Below, piece by piece: positions 50,150 to 60,936 of a stretch of 64,000 nt of DNA; positions within the stretch are counted from its first letter, which is position 1, and every line of letters begins with the position of its first letter. Both the position numbers and the translations under genes were made by a program. The notes beneath the pieces are model-generated. The model ran no database searches. It was given only the letters and a program-made list of their open reading frames with translations, and was not told where the DNA came from. Origin of the DNA: Ostreococcus lucimarinus (Eukaryota); assembly GCA_000092065.1 (NCBI GenBank), contig CP000582.1; one strand, 5' to 3'.

Positions 50150-50219
50150 TTAAGTACGTATGTATTGCACTTTCCAACGATACATTCGGAGAACTTGGCG
50201 ATGCCCTCTTCGCCGCGTT

Positions 50220-50241
50220 GTTTGAGAAACGTTTCTCAAAC
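50220..50241. promoter_or_regulatory. 22-nt perfect palindrome gtttgagaaacgtttctcaaac, in the divergent promoter region between the dNK (-) and ASNSD1-like (+) genes
   Basis: Self-reverse-complement verified by eye. Confidence 0.45.
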
Positions 50242-50713
50242 AGACAAGTCGCTCAAACTGTCTCGTGGGCGTAAGCCGACAGGGCATAGATGGCACTGAG
50301 TCGGTAAAATTTGAGGAGAATATGACGTGAAACTTTGTGCGAATAATGCGGCCCCCGTGACGGTCGTATTGGAAGAAGCAGTGAAGAAAAGTTGTGAACG
50401 TTTTGAGGAGGTTGTCTGGTCAGTATGTCTGTATTTGTCGCTAATACTGTGGAATACATGCGACTGAATACTGTACTTGTACCGTGGTATCATTTGTACG
50501 TAAAACTGCATCACGGTATCATAGGAAGATTTGGAATCCCGCCGTTTCCGCTTAGCTCGCACGACTGTCGCGCAAGAACGTAGCGTTAGTGATGACAACG
50601 CTATCGGAGGAGTTATGATGAACGGCTTTTGTCGTTGTATTTTGTTTCCAGGGCACGGTAGACACCAGACAGAGGGCGTCACTGCTCAAACAAGTTAAAC
50701 AAGTTTACTGAAG

Positions 50714-52360
50714 ATGTGCGGTGTCGTTCTAGTCGTTGAAGAAAGTAGTTCGAGTTATCGTTTGTCGGACGTGAAACCACTAGCTTCTATGGTAGACTGT
50801 ACGTCCGACATAGATATTGGACTCAGCTGTGCTTTATCCCGTCGAGGACCTGATGCGTGTGCCACGTTCAATCACGCCAGCCACAAGTTTTGTATTCGCT
50901 TAACAGCTGCGATATTGCAGCTCAGAGGCGAAGAGATGGTAGACAGCCCTTTGATGGTAGCTAATGATTGTGCGATGGCATTCAATGGTGAAATTTATAG
51001 TGGTCTACCTTATCAAGACTCTACTCAACGTGACGCAGCACTCTTATTTCGAGCACTGGGTGATGCCAAAGAAGAAAGCTCGAAGATAGAACTTTTGTCT
51101 GGCGTGCGGGGTCCTTGGGCGATTGTATATTTTGATATGAAAAACGAGAATATTTTGATCGGAAAAGATATCTTTGGAAGGAGAAGTCTTTTGCTACACA
51201 TCCCTGATCACCATGATAGGCGCTTGATTGTATGCTCGACTGGCGCATCCAAACACTGCAGCGTGAAGTTTTGGACCGAGATTGGTTGCGGTGTGCACCG
51301 CATAGACCTAAGAGCCCCAACGCTAGAAGTGATAAAGCTAGACTGGAAGCATAACGTCGCCACTACATGCGGGATGCTCGGTGAAGAATGTAGGCAGCTA
51401 CCAACCTTTCTCTCAAGCCTGCACAGCAAGTGCTCACTGCGTTCGTTCATGCGGTTGCTCGATCGTTCAATGGAAATCAGGGTAACGATGAACTCTCGGA
51501 AGGAGTTATGCGCACCCCCACATGATAAGATGGCTCAGGTTCTTGTTCTCTTCTCAGGGGGGCTCGACAGCACAACCATCGCGTCGTTGGCTCACAGACA
51601 TGTCCCTGCCGGTGAAGTCATCGACCTTTGCAGCGTCTGTTTTCGAGATGGAACCTCTCCGGATCGATTAGCTGCTAAGGATGCTTTAACAGAGCTAAGG
51701 TCGATTTCACCTGGCAGAGTATGGCGATTTATCGAGGCAGACGTGAGTGTGGAAGAGGTTCTCAGGCATTTCTACCACATTCGTTCACTCATTCAACCAC
51801 AAAATAGCACCATGGCTTACAACATTGGAGTGGCCCTATGGTTTGCGTCGCGAGCGAAAGGAACCGCTACGCTCTACAACGTACATGGACCAATTGAAAT
51901 ATCTAGGAATTACATATCGGACGCAAGAGTTGTTCTCTTGGGTCACGGTGCTGATGAAGTCCTTGGTGGGTATCGTAGACATAGAACTGCTTTTGAGCAA
52001 GGTGGGATGATCTCTCTTGCGAGAGAAATTAAATTGGATATAGACCGTCTATGGATTAGAAATCTGGGAAGAGATGATCGCGTTGTGTCAGATTCAGGTC
52101 GAGAGGGTAGGTATCCTTTCCTTGATGAAGAGCTTGTGCGTTCGGTAACAACCAGTTCTTTTCGCGGTGTATTCAACTTTAGTCTTCCACCAGGTCAGGG
52201 CGATAAGCTTATCCTTCGAAAGACAGCGTGCCACCTCGGCTTATTGCATACTTCGAGAAGGCCCAAATGCGCGCTACAGTTTGGGAGCAAAGTTAATCGC
52301 TTTGAGAGTGAGTTGAAACTACGAAATAGTGCCGACGAAGCAGCGTGTAAAAGTGATTGA
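50714..52360 (+). CDS. Asparagine synthetase domain-containing protein (ASNSD1-like): N-terminal Cys2 class-II glutamine amidotransferase plus PP-loop synthetase domain
   Basis: Starts MCG (Ntn nucleophile Cys2). PP-loop VLFSGGLDSTTIASLA (SGGxDS). Confidence 0.65.
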   Translation: MCGVVLVVEESSSSYRLSDVKPLASMVDCTSDIDIGLSCALSRRGPDACATFNHASHKFCIRLTAAILQLRGEEMVDSPLMVANDCAMAFNGEIYSGLPYQDSTQRDAALLFRALGDAKEESSKIELLSGVRGPWAIVYFDMKNENILIGKDIFGRRSLLLHIPDHHDRRLIVCSTGASKHCSVKFWTEIGCGVHRIDLRAPTLEVIKLDWKHNVATTCGMLGEECRQLPTFLSSLHSKCSLRSFMRLLDRSMEIRVTMNSRKELCAPPHDKMAQVLVLFSGGLDSTTIASLAHRHVPAGEVIDLCSVCFRDGTSPDRLAAKDALTELRSISPGRVWRFIEADVSVEEVLRHFYHIRSLIQPQNSTMAYNIGVALWFASRAKGTATLYNVHGPIEISRNYISDARVVLLGHGADEVLGGYRRHRTAFEQGGMISLAREIKLDIDRLWIRNLGRDDRVVSDSGREGRYPFLDEELVRSVTTSSFRGVFNFSLPPGQGDKLILRKTACHLGLLHTSRRPKCALQFGSKVNRFESELKLRNSADEAACKSD

Positions 52361-52998
52361 CCACGCCATGGGCGCGGATGGCGCCGTGTACTGTTGACGT
52401 TCAGTGGTATGTCCCACGTGAGGTCCCTGCGATTTGTTTCTTTCATGAGTCTACCTTATACCCACCTTGACTGTGTACAACTTTGCCACTAAACTGAACA
52501 CTCGAGTTCTCGTCAAGAAGTCAGGCTGTCCCCTTGTGTACTGTGTTGTAGAGCTGGTGCCGCAGCACACAGCGCGGACGCATCAACGGCAACGCTGCGA
52601 ACTCTTTCCATCAATGCCTCTTCCGTAGCATCTCTTTCCTCATGACTTAGCGAACGTGTGCGTTCCTTGTTTTTGTTGTCTGTTTTTCCCCAAGAGTTTG
52701 ATGTGCGTGCGCCACCACTAAAAATCTTAAAGGTTGTATTTGTATCATCAAAGTTCATGAATGGAGTATACTCTCACTATTAGGATTCGTCACGGGCGAA
52801 CAGCTCTGGCAAGTAACTCAGAAAGAGAGTCGCGGCGAGCCGAAATCCGTCACGACGGTGTACGAAGTAACAAAGAGATAGGTTTACAGTATAGGTTATA
52901 TGAATCTCGATCTTGTTTTTTTCGTCCAGTAACCAAATAAAAGAAACGACGCGAACGCGAGATACGTACAGCCGACACGTCGCAGTTGCAGTGCAAGA

Positions 52999-53868
52999 AT
53001 GATACGTTTGGTTACAGACATCGCGAATAAGAGTCTACTGATACTGTCGTGCTCATATGCAGCTATTTTAGGTGCTCTTTGTCTCTTTCAACGGAAGCTT
53101 CAGTACTTCCCCACTGCAGAAGTGCCAACTCTAGATAGCCTTCCAACCGCTTTCCGTCGTGTCGAGGAGTTTGAAGTGCACGTGATTGACGGGCTGAAAC
53201 TGAAAGGCTGGTTATGGCGACAGAAGTCTTCACCAGTGTTGATACTGCATTTGCACGGAAACGCAGGAAATCGATTTCACCGTCTATACTGGGCGAATGA
53301 AATCGTGAAACGGACAAGCTGTTCTGTCGCACTTTTTGATTACCGAGGTTTTGGTGGGAATCCTGGTCGTATCTCAGAGGATGGTCTGATTAAAGACGCG
53401 GTGGCAGCCATAACGTGGGCATACACGAATGCGAAACGAAATTCACAAAAGCTTGTTCTACACCTGGAAAGCATCGGTAGTGCTGTGGGCCTGAGTGCTC
53501 TGCTCAAAATGGCAGTCGAAGTTCGGGTCGATGGAATCGTCGTAGAGGGCGGATTGTGCTCGTGTTATGATTTAGCACGTTCTATGCTACCTTTCGTACC
53601 AGTTAAATTATTATTACGCGACAAATGGAACCTTACCATTCAAGGCGCTCAGGAGCTGGATGAAGATATCAACTTCCTCAGCCTGCACGGGAAGGCTGAT
53701 CGGATAGTGCCACTCTGGTGTGGGACGAAATTGTTCGAAGCAGTGTCTTGTCGTCACAAAAAATTTATAGCGTTTGAATTTGGCGACCATAACGATTTGA
53801 TTATCCAACCTGGTTATCTTGATGCACTTCTTGAATTTTATGCTGAAGTTGAGCGTAAAGACACTTGA
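52999..53868 (+). CDS. Alpha/beta-hydrolase, ABHD13/Bem46-like
   Basis: ILHLHGNAGNRFHRL (oxyanion-region HGN.G). Nucleophile-elbow-like LHLESIGSAVG. Size and layout match the ABHD13/Bem46 family. Confidence 0.55.
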   Translation: MIRLVTDIANKSLLILSCSYAAILGALCLFQRKLQYFPTAEVPTLDSLPTAFRRVEEFEVHVIDGLKLKGWLWRQKSSPVLILHLHGNAGNRFHRLYWANEIVKRTSCSVALFDYRGFGGNPGRISEDGLIKDAVAAITWAYTNAKRNSQKLVLHLESIGSAVGLSALLKMAVEVRVDGIVVEGGLCSCYDLARSMLPFVPVKLLLRDKWNLTIQGAQELDEDINFLSLHGKADRIVPLWCGTKLFEAVSCRHKKFIAFEFGDHNDLIIQPGYLDALLEFYAEVERKDT

Positions 53869-53910
53869 TGGACCAGAGTGCAGTTCCAATCTATCACACT
53901 CACTTTTTCG

Positions 53911-54657
53911 CTACAAACCCTGCAAAACATTAACGAAATCGCCAATACCAGTACCCTGTATTGCAGAGACACCTACAATATTTAGATGCTCATAGAACTC
54001 TTGTAAAATCAAGTTGAGCGATGAAGTTAATGCAGAGGAAAAGTTACTTGCATTCTCAAGTTTTTCCTGAAAGATATTGACATCGGTTAGCAATTTAAGT
54101 AGCGGAGCATGAGGAGCAACGTCAATTTTATTGAAAACTAACACCACATTGAGACGGCTCCTGTATAGTACACTCACGGCTTGCAACATGTTGCTCATCA
54201 ATATCTGTGGATTTTGGCACTGGGGGGTATCCATAACGAAAAGAATGTCCGTGCTAAAGCTACTAGCAATCATTTCTGTGATCATCATACCACTGGCCGA
54301 CCAAGTAAAAATTTCGATCTGTCCAGGAGTATCTACAAAGAAGTACTCATACTCTGTCGCTCTCTGCTCACATATGCTGATAACCTTGTCGAACCTGGTT
54401 GCAAACAGATTCGCTGCGGTGAGTATTGCACCATTCGGACCTAAACTATACTCTTTCATAACGGCTTTGTAGTCAATCGTATCGCGGATATCTATGTTAG
54501 CCTGATAAGGTAAGTTGTGCGCTGCAGGGTCGAGGTTGATTACGTATGACGATTTCCCAGCGGCGTGCGTGAAATCCACAAGCCTTTCCAGCAGCGAAGT
54601 TTTACCCGAACCTGCCATACCAACAAGTATGCACACTCTACCGCGTTGAACGCTCAT
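53911..54657 (-). CDS. GPN-loop GTPase (GPN2/GPN3-like)
   Basis: P-loop VGMAGSGKTS; GPN motif SLGPNGAI; NLDPA. Confidence 0.7.
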   Translation of the reverse strand: MSVQRGRVCILVGMAGSGKTSLLERLVDFTHAAGKSSYVINLDPAAHNLPYQANIDIRDTIDYKAVMKEYSLGPNGAILTAANLFATRFDKVISICEQRATEYEYFFVDTPGQIEIFTWSASGMMITEMIASSFSTDILFVMDTPQCQNPQILMSNMLQAVSVLYRSRLNVVLVFNKIDVAPHAPLLKLLTDVNIFQEKLENASNFSSALTSSLNLILQEFYEHLNIVGVSAIQGTGIGDFVNVLQGL

Positions 54658-54914
54658 GTTTCCTTCTTCACGCAGCTCTACGGATGCGGCGCGCCGACAT
54701 AAACCGGTGCCCCCTTCGCTCAGTCGCGACGTCGATCTTGTGACGTCGAATTCGGCCTTTCAGATGGGCGATCGAACAGTGCAAATATGGGAAAATCCAT
54801 AACATACCAAAATACAAAAAGAAAATACAATTACAAAAACTAACGGTTTTGGCTCGCTGGAGACTTCCTTGCACCGACTAAATAAATCACTACGGCAGTG
54901 GGTCGCAAACGCGA

Positions 54915-57480
54915 ATGGCACGGTCCAGAGAGATACTCGAGTGCTTCTTCCCAGTATGTCAATTTTCATTTCAGCAATATGAAAATAATCTCTGTGACGA
55001 CTGTACACGACCGGTAAAACGTTTTGGCCAGAGAGAGAAATCTATCACAGCTTTCTCGCAGTCGGAGATGCACAACGCCAATTTCATGCTACTGATGCTC
55101 GATTCCCCAAAAGCTCATGGGGCAGCACTGCGCCACACTATGTTACGGCGCATCCAGCGCGTGTTTGCAAAACAACAAGTTACTTGGGTAAGTTCTGTGA
55201 TTCTGTATTTTCATACAACCTTAGCCAAAGTTGAAAGACCGGATTTCAAGTAACGCTACCCTGCGAAGGAAGTCCAAGAATTAAGAAACCAAGCTTCTCT
55301 CTGCAAGTAGCGAAAATTAGTTCTCGAGACGGCAACCATTTACTTTATGAGCCTGGTGAGTGCTTTATTTCAACACTTCGAAGCGGCGATGACTTATTTT
55401 CGTTAGTGGACACGCGTATCGTGGTAAAAGCTCGAGAAAATGAATTTGTACCTTACAAGCACACGATGGTAGTATCACAGGATTTTCGTGCTCGATTTGA
55501 GGCTGTGAAGTCAGCACTTATTCGTCTGTCCTCACCGCTTAACTGCAGCGTATGTCATACCAAGACTACAAATGATGTTTGCTGACTCGTCCAAAGTCAG
55601 GTCGGCTAGCGTCTGACACACCTTTACTTCTCAAACAGTCGTCAAAGCACTTTTTGCGCTGGCTACAGTCAAAGTTGCAGTCGAGTGTTCGCATGCAATC
55701 ACGAGTTATTTCATGCCAATACTTAGTGTTGTTAAAATCTCAAAAACAAGTAAGGAGTGCACAGATTCTTAGAAGATACAAAGCTAAAAACACGAGTAGA
55801 TTAGTTTGATCATAGAACGAGCCCTTACGGGTATCGACTCTGATACTGCTTTGATTTTGGAAGACGTGGATGTTCTTGTTAAAGATAAAGATGGACTCAA
55901 TTTGCAATGTTTGCTATCTACACTGAACGACATTGCAGACTTTCGCACAATCCAAGGTGCGCTTGATCTGAGTAAGACGTTTCAATTGACGCATGACTCA
56001 GGCTCTTTCCATACGTTTATAATTGGAACAACCGCAGAATTTAAGGTGCATTCAGATTTACATCGCCACTTTCCATTGCAGGTATGTTGAACACGCTGAG
56101 CTGTAAGAAAAACTGTTAATTTTGTATTCTCTTCGCAAGATTCCAAGTCCTTCACAAGACAGCGATGTCCATGTACAGCAGATAAGACGCGATGAAGGAT
56201 TGAAGCAAATTCGTTTAAAGGTTCAGAGTGCACTATCCATCGGAGGGCACCGACAACAAAAGGCAATGCGAATTGTACCACTCTCTACGAGCCAACAGGT
56301 AAGTCTTACTATGTCGTGATATTTTCAGGCTAACACGATCAAATAGAACAACGGAAATGTTCGCTGGGATGACGTCGGTGGTCTAGAAGATATAAAAGCT
56401 GCTTTGTGCGACATGCTGAAATGGCCTATTAAATTCCCGAAGCTTTTCAAGAATTACTCGAAAGGAGCTCTCCTTCACGGTCCACCGGTGAGGAAGATGT
56501 AAATATGTCCATTCTTACGTGATGAGTGTCAATAGGGCACAGGGAAGACTCTCATAGCAAAAGCTGCAAGTGTCGAATCAGGCTTGACATTTTTCAACGT
56601 CAAAGGACCAGAGCTTCTAGGGATGTATGTCGGTGAAAGCGAGGTGAACTCTTTCTCTCCTCGATGTACTTCATTTTGACCTCTTAATAGAAATGTGTGC
56701 GAGAACTATTTAACAAAGCCCGAGAATTGGCCCCCGCATTGATTTTCTTTGATGAATTTGATTCTCTCTGCATGGTGTGTTTCTCAGTTGGAATGCCTGT
56801 GTTAAAGTGACGAATCTGTAGGTTGATGCACCGCCTGGAACACTAATAAGCCGTGTCATCAGTCAAGTCGTTACGGAATTGGATTCGCTGAAGGTGTTCA
56901 CGTCTTAGATTCCAGCACTCTTCAATTGATAACAGTTTTCCAGGGGTCTCAAGTATTTGTATTGGCAGCTAGCAACAGATTAGAACTTATTGAACCGACA
57001 ATTCTGCGGTCTGGGCGGTGAGTCAGCTCACGCTTTTTTACTCAAAAACCAACGGAAACTTTCAGACTTGACCGAGTTCTACATGTTCCTCTTCAGAACG
57101 ACGTTCGCTCAAAGGTTGCAATTTTCAAGGTTTGTTGTCAAAACCACTGAGTCAAAGGTCGTCTTAACTTGGCAACCCAGGCTCTAACCAAAAACTTCAT
57201 ATTTTCATCAAACTTCGAGATTGGTCAGGTAATCTTAGATAGGAACAATTGATGAAACTCTGACTGAAAATTGTCTCAAGTTGGCGTTAGTTAGTGAAGA
57301 TGTTAGTGGCGCTGACATCTACTCTGCGTGTGTACGAGCTTGGATCAAGGCTGCCAAGCGGGCGATAGCGTACAATTCCACCGGTATAGTGGTTCAGACG
57401 ATGGATTTCTATTAAAAACAGAAAACACAATTTTCGCCTGCTTCACCAACCGGACTTCCATAATGAAAGTAATATTACTT
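54915..57480 (+). CDS. Type-II AAA+ ATPase, PEX6/PEX1-like (degenerate D1, canonical D2); multi-exon with at least 10 very short introns; 3' limit approximate
   Basis: Exon 1 is ORF 54915..55190, ending at GTAAGT. D2, reassembled across introns: [42 protein letters not shown]|[35 protein letters not shown]|[27 protein letters not shown]|...|[25 protein letters not shown]|[21 protein letters not shown]|[16 protein letters not shown]|[34 protein letters not shown]. It is collinear with human PEX6 D2. Introns are 47-55 nt, GT..AG. Confidence 0.6.
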
Positions 57481-57509
57481 CTTTTTTCTCTACTCGGGCA
57501 CCTACAGGT

Positions 57510-59216
57510 GTGCAACTTGCGTTTCGTTCGACAACGTTCGCCCTACGTGGCATTAGCCTGGTTCGCGCGCCCTTCGTAGCACTAGCCTGGCTCGCGCGCG
57601 CGCGTTCATTCAACCTCGTCCGCGGCGAGCAAAAGCGGATGCCCACTCTAAAACAAGTATCGGTCTTTTCACGCGGTGGGCTTGTTCTCGTGCACGAGTG
57701 TTTCACGAAAGAGGTCGTTCTTCTGACCGAACTTTCAGAATGCGCGCATACCTTGAAAAGCGATTCAGATCGATCTATTGAGTCAAGAATTGCAGCCTAC
57801 GATTCTCAGAAGAGCAAAGTTATTTGGCTAAGTGACGCTGTCACTGGTTTGACGTTTATACTCTCCTTCGAAGAGGCTTTAGAGAAACACGAGGCAGACG
57901 ATTTACTCAGGACAAGCAAAGACGCATTTGCTGAATACTACGAACATGATCGATTCGACTACAGTGAATTCCTACCCGCTCTCCAAGCACGGATTCAGCA
58001 ATTGGAAAGGTCTAATGAGCACTGCGAGCTTGGTGCTGCTAGTGAACGGTCAGGCGTGGATAACTCTGTTTCCGACAGTAAACTGCCTTCACGCGATTTT
58101 GGACGTACAAAGAGGCAGCATCACTACCATGACCCATCCGTGCCCAGATCTCGCCATTCAGAAAGGCTCGATTCACTCGATTTCTCAGAGCCGTCACAGG
58201 TTGCTCAGCCGCCGATTTTTCCAGAGCCTTCAAGCACTCAATCAAAACATACTCAAGCTATTAAGCACGAGGGGGGGAAACGTCTGGGCTTGAGCTGGTG
58301 CCGTGATCTTGTTAGTTTCCGTGAAACACACATTAGTGAGGAATCTTTGTTACCTCTCACAGCGTCAATCAAACACAAATTGACTCAAAAAAATGTGACG
58401 AGCGATATAGCTGATTTACTGGTGACAGAAGTTGCACAGAAACTCGTAGGGAAAAAAGTTTCTACATTCCAGTCACTAGCAAGCATAGTCTACCGTTCAC
58501 TTGAGGAGTCAATCATTCGTATACTGAGTTCTGCGAAGAAAATTGACCTATTGACTGAGGTCGGAAGCGCTCGTAAGAGTAGAAGACCTTTCGTGATTGC
58601 GTTTGTTGGCGTGAACGGTGTCGGTAAAAGTACGAGTCTATCGAAGGTAGTACATTGGCTTAGTCAGCAAAATTTCTCAGTGATGGTTGCTGCATGTGAC
58701 ACGTTTCGTGCTGGTGCAGTAGAGCAACTACGGACACACTGTCAACGTCTTGACTGTGCGCTTTTTGAGAGAGGCTACGAAAGAGATCCATCAGTTATCG
58801 CTCAACAAGCTATTCAGCAAGCCACGCGACAAGGTATTGATGTCGTCATGATAGATACTGCAGGGCGCATGCAAGACAACGAACCATTAATGCGAGCACT
58901 TGCAAAACTCTTGAGTGTAAACCTGCCTGATTTGACACTGTTTGTAGGCGAAGCACTGGTCGGAAATGATGGCGTGAGCCAAATTTTGCAGTTTGAGCAT
59001 AGATTACAAGCATTGATGCAAACGGAGAAGAAATGTGTCATAGATGGCATCTTCCTTTCAAAATTCGACACCATCGACAATAAAGTTGGCACTGCTTTAT
59101 CGTTAGTGTATGCGTCTTCGATTCCCATCATGTTTGTTGGTACTGGGCAGATGTATAAGGATGTTCGTACTTTTCAGGCTGAAAATATTGCAACCGTACT
59201 TCTTGCTGATTCATGA
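57510..59216 (+). CDS. SRPRA: Signal recognition particle receptor alpha subunit (SR-alpha/FtsY family); probable start MPTLKQVSVFSRGGLVLV at about 57640
   Basis: SRX-like N-terminus. NG domain: FVGVNGVGKSTSLSKV (G1), DTAGRMQD (G3), SKFDTIDNKVG (G4), GTGQ. Confidence 0.8.
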   Translation: MQLAFRSTTFALRGISLVRAPFVALAWLARARSFNLVRGEQKRMPTLKQVSVFSRGGLVLVHECFTKEVVLLTELSECAHTLKSDSDRSIESRIAAYDSQKSKVIWLSDAVTGLTFILSFEEALEKHEADDLLRTSKDAFAEYYEHDRFDYSEFLPALQARIQQLERSNEHCELGAASERSGVDNSVSDSKLPSRDFGRTKRQHHYHDPSVPRSRHSERLDSLDFSEPSQVAQPPIFPEPSSTQSKHTQAIKHEGGKRLGLSWCRDLVSFRETHISEESLLPLTASIKHKLTQKNVTSDIADLLVTEVAQKLVGKKVSTFQSLASIVYRSLEESIIRILSSAKKIDLLTEVGSARKSRRPFVIAFVGVNGVGKSTSLSKVVHWLSQQNFSVMVAACDTFRAGAVEQLRTHCQRLDCALFERGYERDPSVIAQQAIQQATRQGIDVVMIDTAGRMQDNEPLMRALAKLLSVNLPDLTLFVGEALVGNDGVSQILQFEHRLQALMQTEKKCVIDGIFLSKFDTIDNKVGTALSLVYASSIPIMFVGTGQMYKDVRTFQAENIATVLLADS

Positions 59217-59308
59217 AGGGTGTATTTAGAGTAGAAGGGCTTTTTATTCAATTGAAGCTAACTCCTAGCGCAGTCTTTTGAAATATATCTGTGTCTCTGT
59301 TTCCTCTT

Positions 59309-60414
59309 CTAGTCCGATAGTACCTGTGGAAACGCTTCATGATAGTTTTTTGAACATGGCAATGGATTCACCTTGTCTATCAAGCCATATTTCACTGCTT
59401 CGGTAGGGTCGAAGTAAAGAGGGCGATTTATATCGCTTTCAACGGTGGCGATGTCCTTGCCGGTCGTCTTCGCTAATATCTCCAGCTGTAGGGAAAGATA
59501 ACATGATTCCTAGGTCAACTAGTTAAAACAGTTACATACCATTTGTCTTTTAGTATTTCGCATCTCCTGGCGTTGAATTTCCAACTCAGATGCCTAATCG
59601 AAGTTAAAATGGCCACAACGCTCAGTATGCAAATGCAAATGTTCACCTGTCCACGAAAAGCGCTCAATGGTTGCTTCAACATAATACTGGCAGAAGGCAA
59701 CGCCGCGCGATTACCCTGTGCCATATTTATCATAGGCTGAGAACGAACAAATTCAAGCGTACCCTACTACCTGCAGCCAACAACATCGCAGCCTCACCCC
59801 AAGCTGTTCCTACTGCTATGGTGTGTACAGGAGGAGATACATACTGGATTGTATCATATATAGCAAACGCCTCAGTATCATACCCATATTTTTGCCCATC
59901 CTTGGTTCGTATTAGTTGCAGTCCATAACATCGATGATATTCGAACCTTCGAAGACCCTGTCGAGTTAATGTACAGTTGTATTGGCTTTTTCTTATCTTC
60001 ATACTGCAAGTAGAGCAGTTCGGCAAGAATCAACTCTGTCACTGAAGGTACAAGGGTCATGCCCTGGTTTGAGAGCTGAGCTGATGACGTTATTGTTTGA
60101 GCATAGTATTACCAAGTAAACGATCCTCTCTTTGAAAATGAAGGATGGAAGATCAGGAGGAGACTGAGTGGACGCATCCCCTTGCAAGCTCGGTATGACC
60201 TGTTGTAAAAATTGAAGTTTGTTCTTTATCGTGGCGGTGAAAGAAAGCCGACCTGCGTAATAGCATGTCGCCCGCGGTCGTTCATAATGATGCGGCGACT
60301 AGTCTTCTGCAAAACTTCTGGAAATGGCTCGCCAGGGCGGAACTTGCTCGCCCGTGAAGCTCGCACGCGAACAGAGCTAGAGCTCGCCGTCACTGTAGGG
60401 GTGAGACGAAACAT
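59309..60414 (-). CDS. ClpP-family protease subunit lacking the catalytic Ser and His (ClpR-type inactive paralogue), with S/R-rich N-terminal presequence; at least 6 exons
   Basis: Spliced minus-strand reading: presequence [24 protein letters not shown]... | [16 protein letters not shown] | [37 protein letters not shown] | [46 protein letters not shown] | [23 protein letters not shown] | [18 protein letters not shown] | [38 protein letters not shown] | VLSD*. It is collinear with E. coli ClpP. The GQAASMG serine corresponds to GTAWGEAAM (no Ser). RVMIHQP corresponds to ASIMLKQP (His replaced by Lys). Introns 46-53 nt, GT..AG. Confidence 0.65.
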
Positions 60415-60936
60415 GTAACTTGTAACTCGTTACGATGAGTTCTGTAAGTCTGACCCACTATTCAAACGTGGGTAACTTCGACTCGGCGTGCAACTGGATC
60501 AGTAATCTACGCCGACGCGTGTTTTAGGCGGACCCCACGGGACGAAAACCTGCGACCAGCAGCGAACTGGCGAACCCTTCAGGGTTGAGCGCGGTTCGGC
60601 AACGCAACCCATCCGGATAAAGCCCTTTGGAGAATGAAATAAGAGAAAATATAAGGATGAAAGTATGAGATCGGTGTTGGTGTCGGCATTGAAAATAGCC
60701 TCATATATTAATATAGACAGCATCTATCATTCACTTTTCTTTCATCGCCTTGCTTCGCCTCGCAGCCGCGGTCAAACGCTGTCGCGTCGCGTGTGAATTA
60801 CCCCGACAGGCCGCACTGAAACGTGTATCCTATATCGTGCCGACAGGAGCGTACTGCGTCTAAGCTTAGGGACAGTGTTGCGAGCGCGCATTACGGCAAT
60901 CACACGTAGCGTTGCTCGTCAAAATAGCAGCACGCG

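Noticed and set aside
60480-60620. Possible second tRNA or ncRNA (contains gcgcggttcggcaacgcaaccc, reminiscent of a T-arm)
   Set aside because: No consistent cloverleaf: no acceptor-stem pairing and no anticodon loop could be built by hand.
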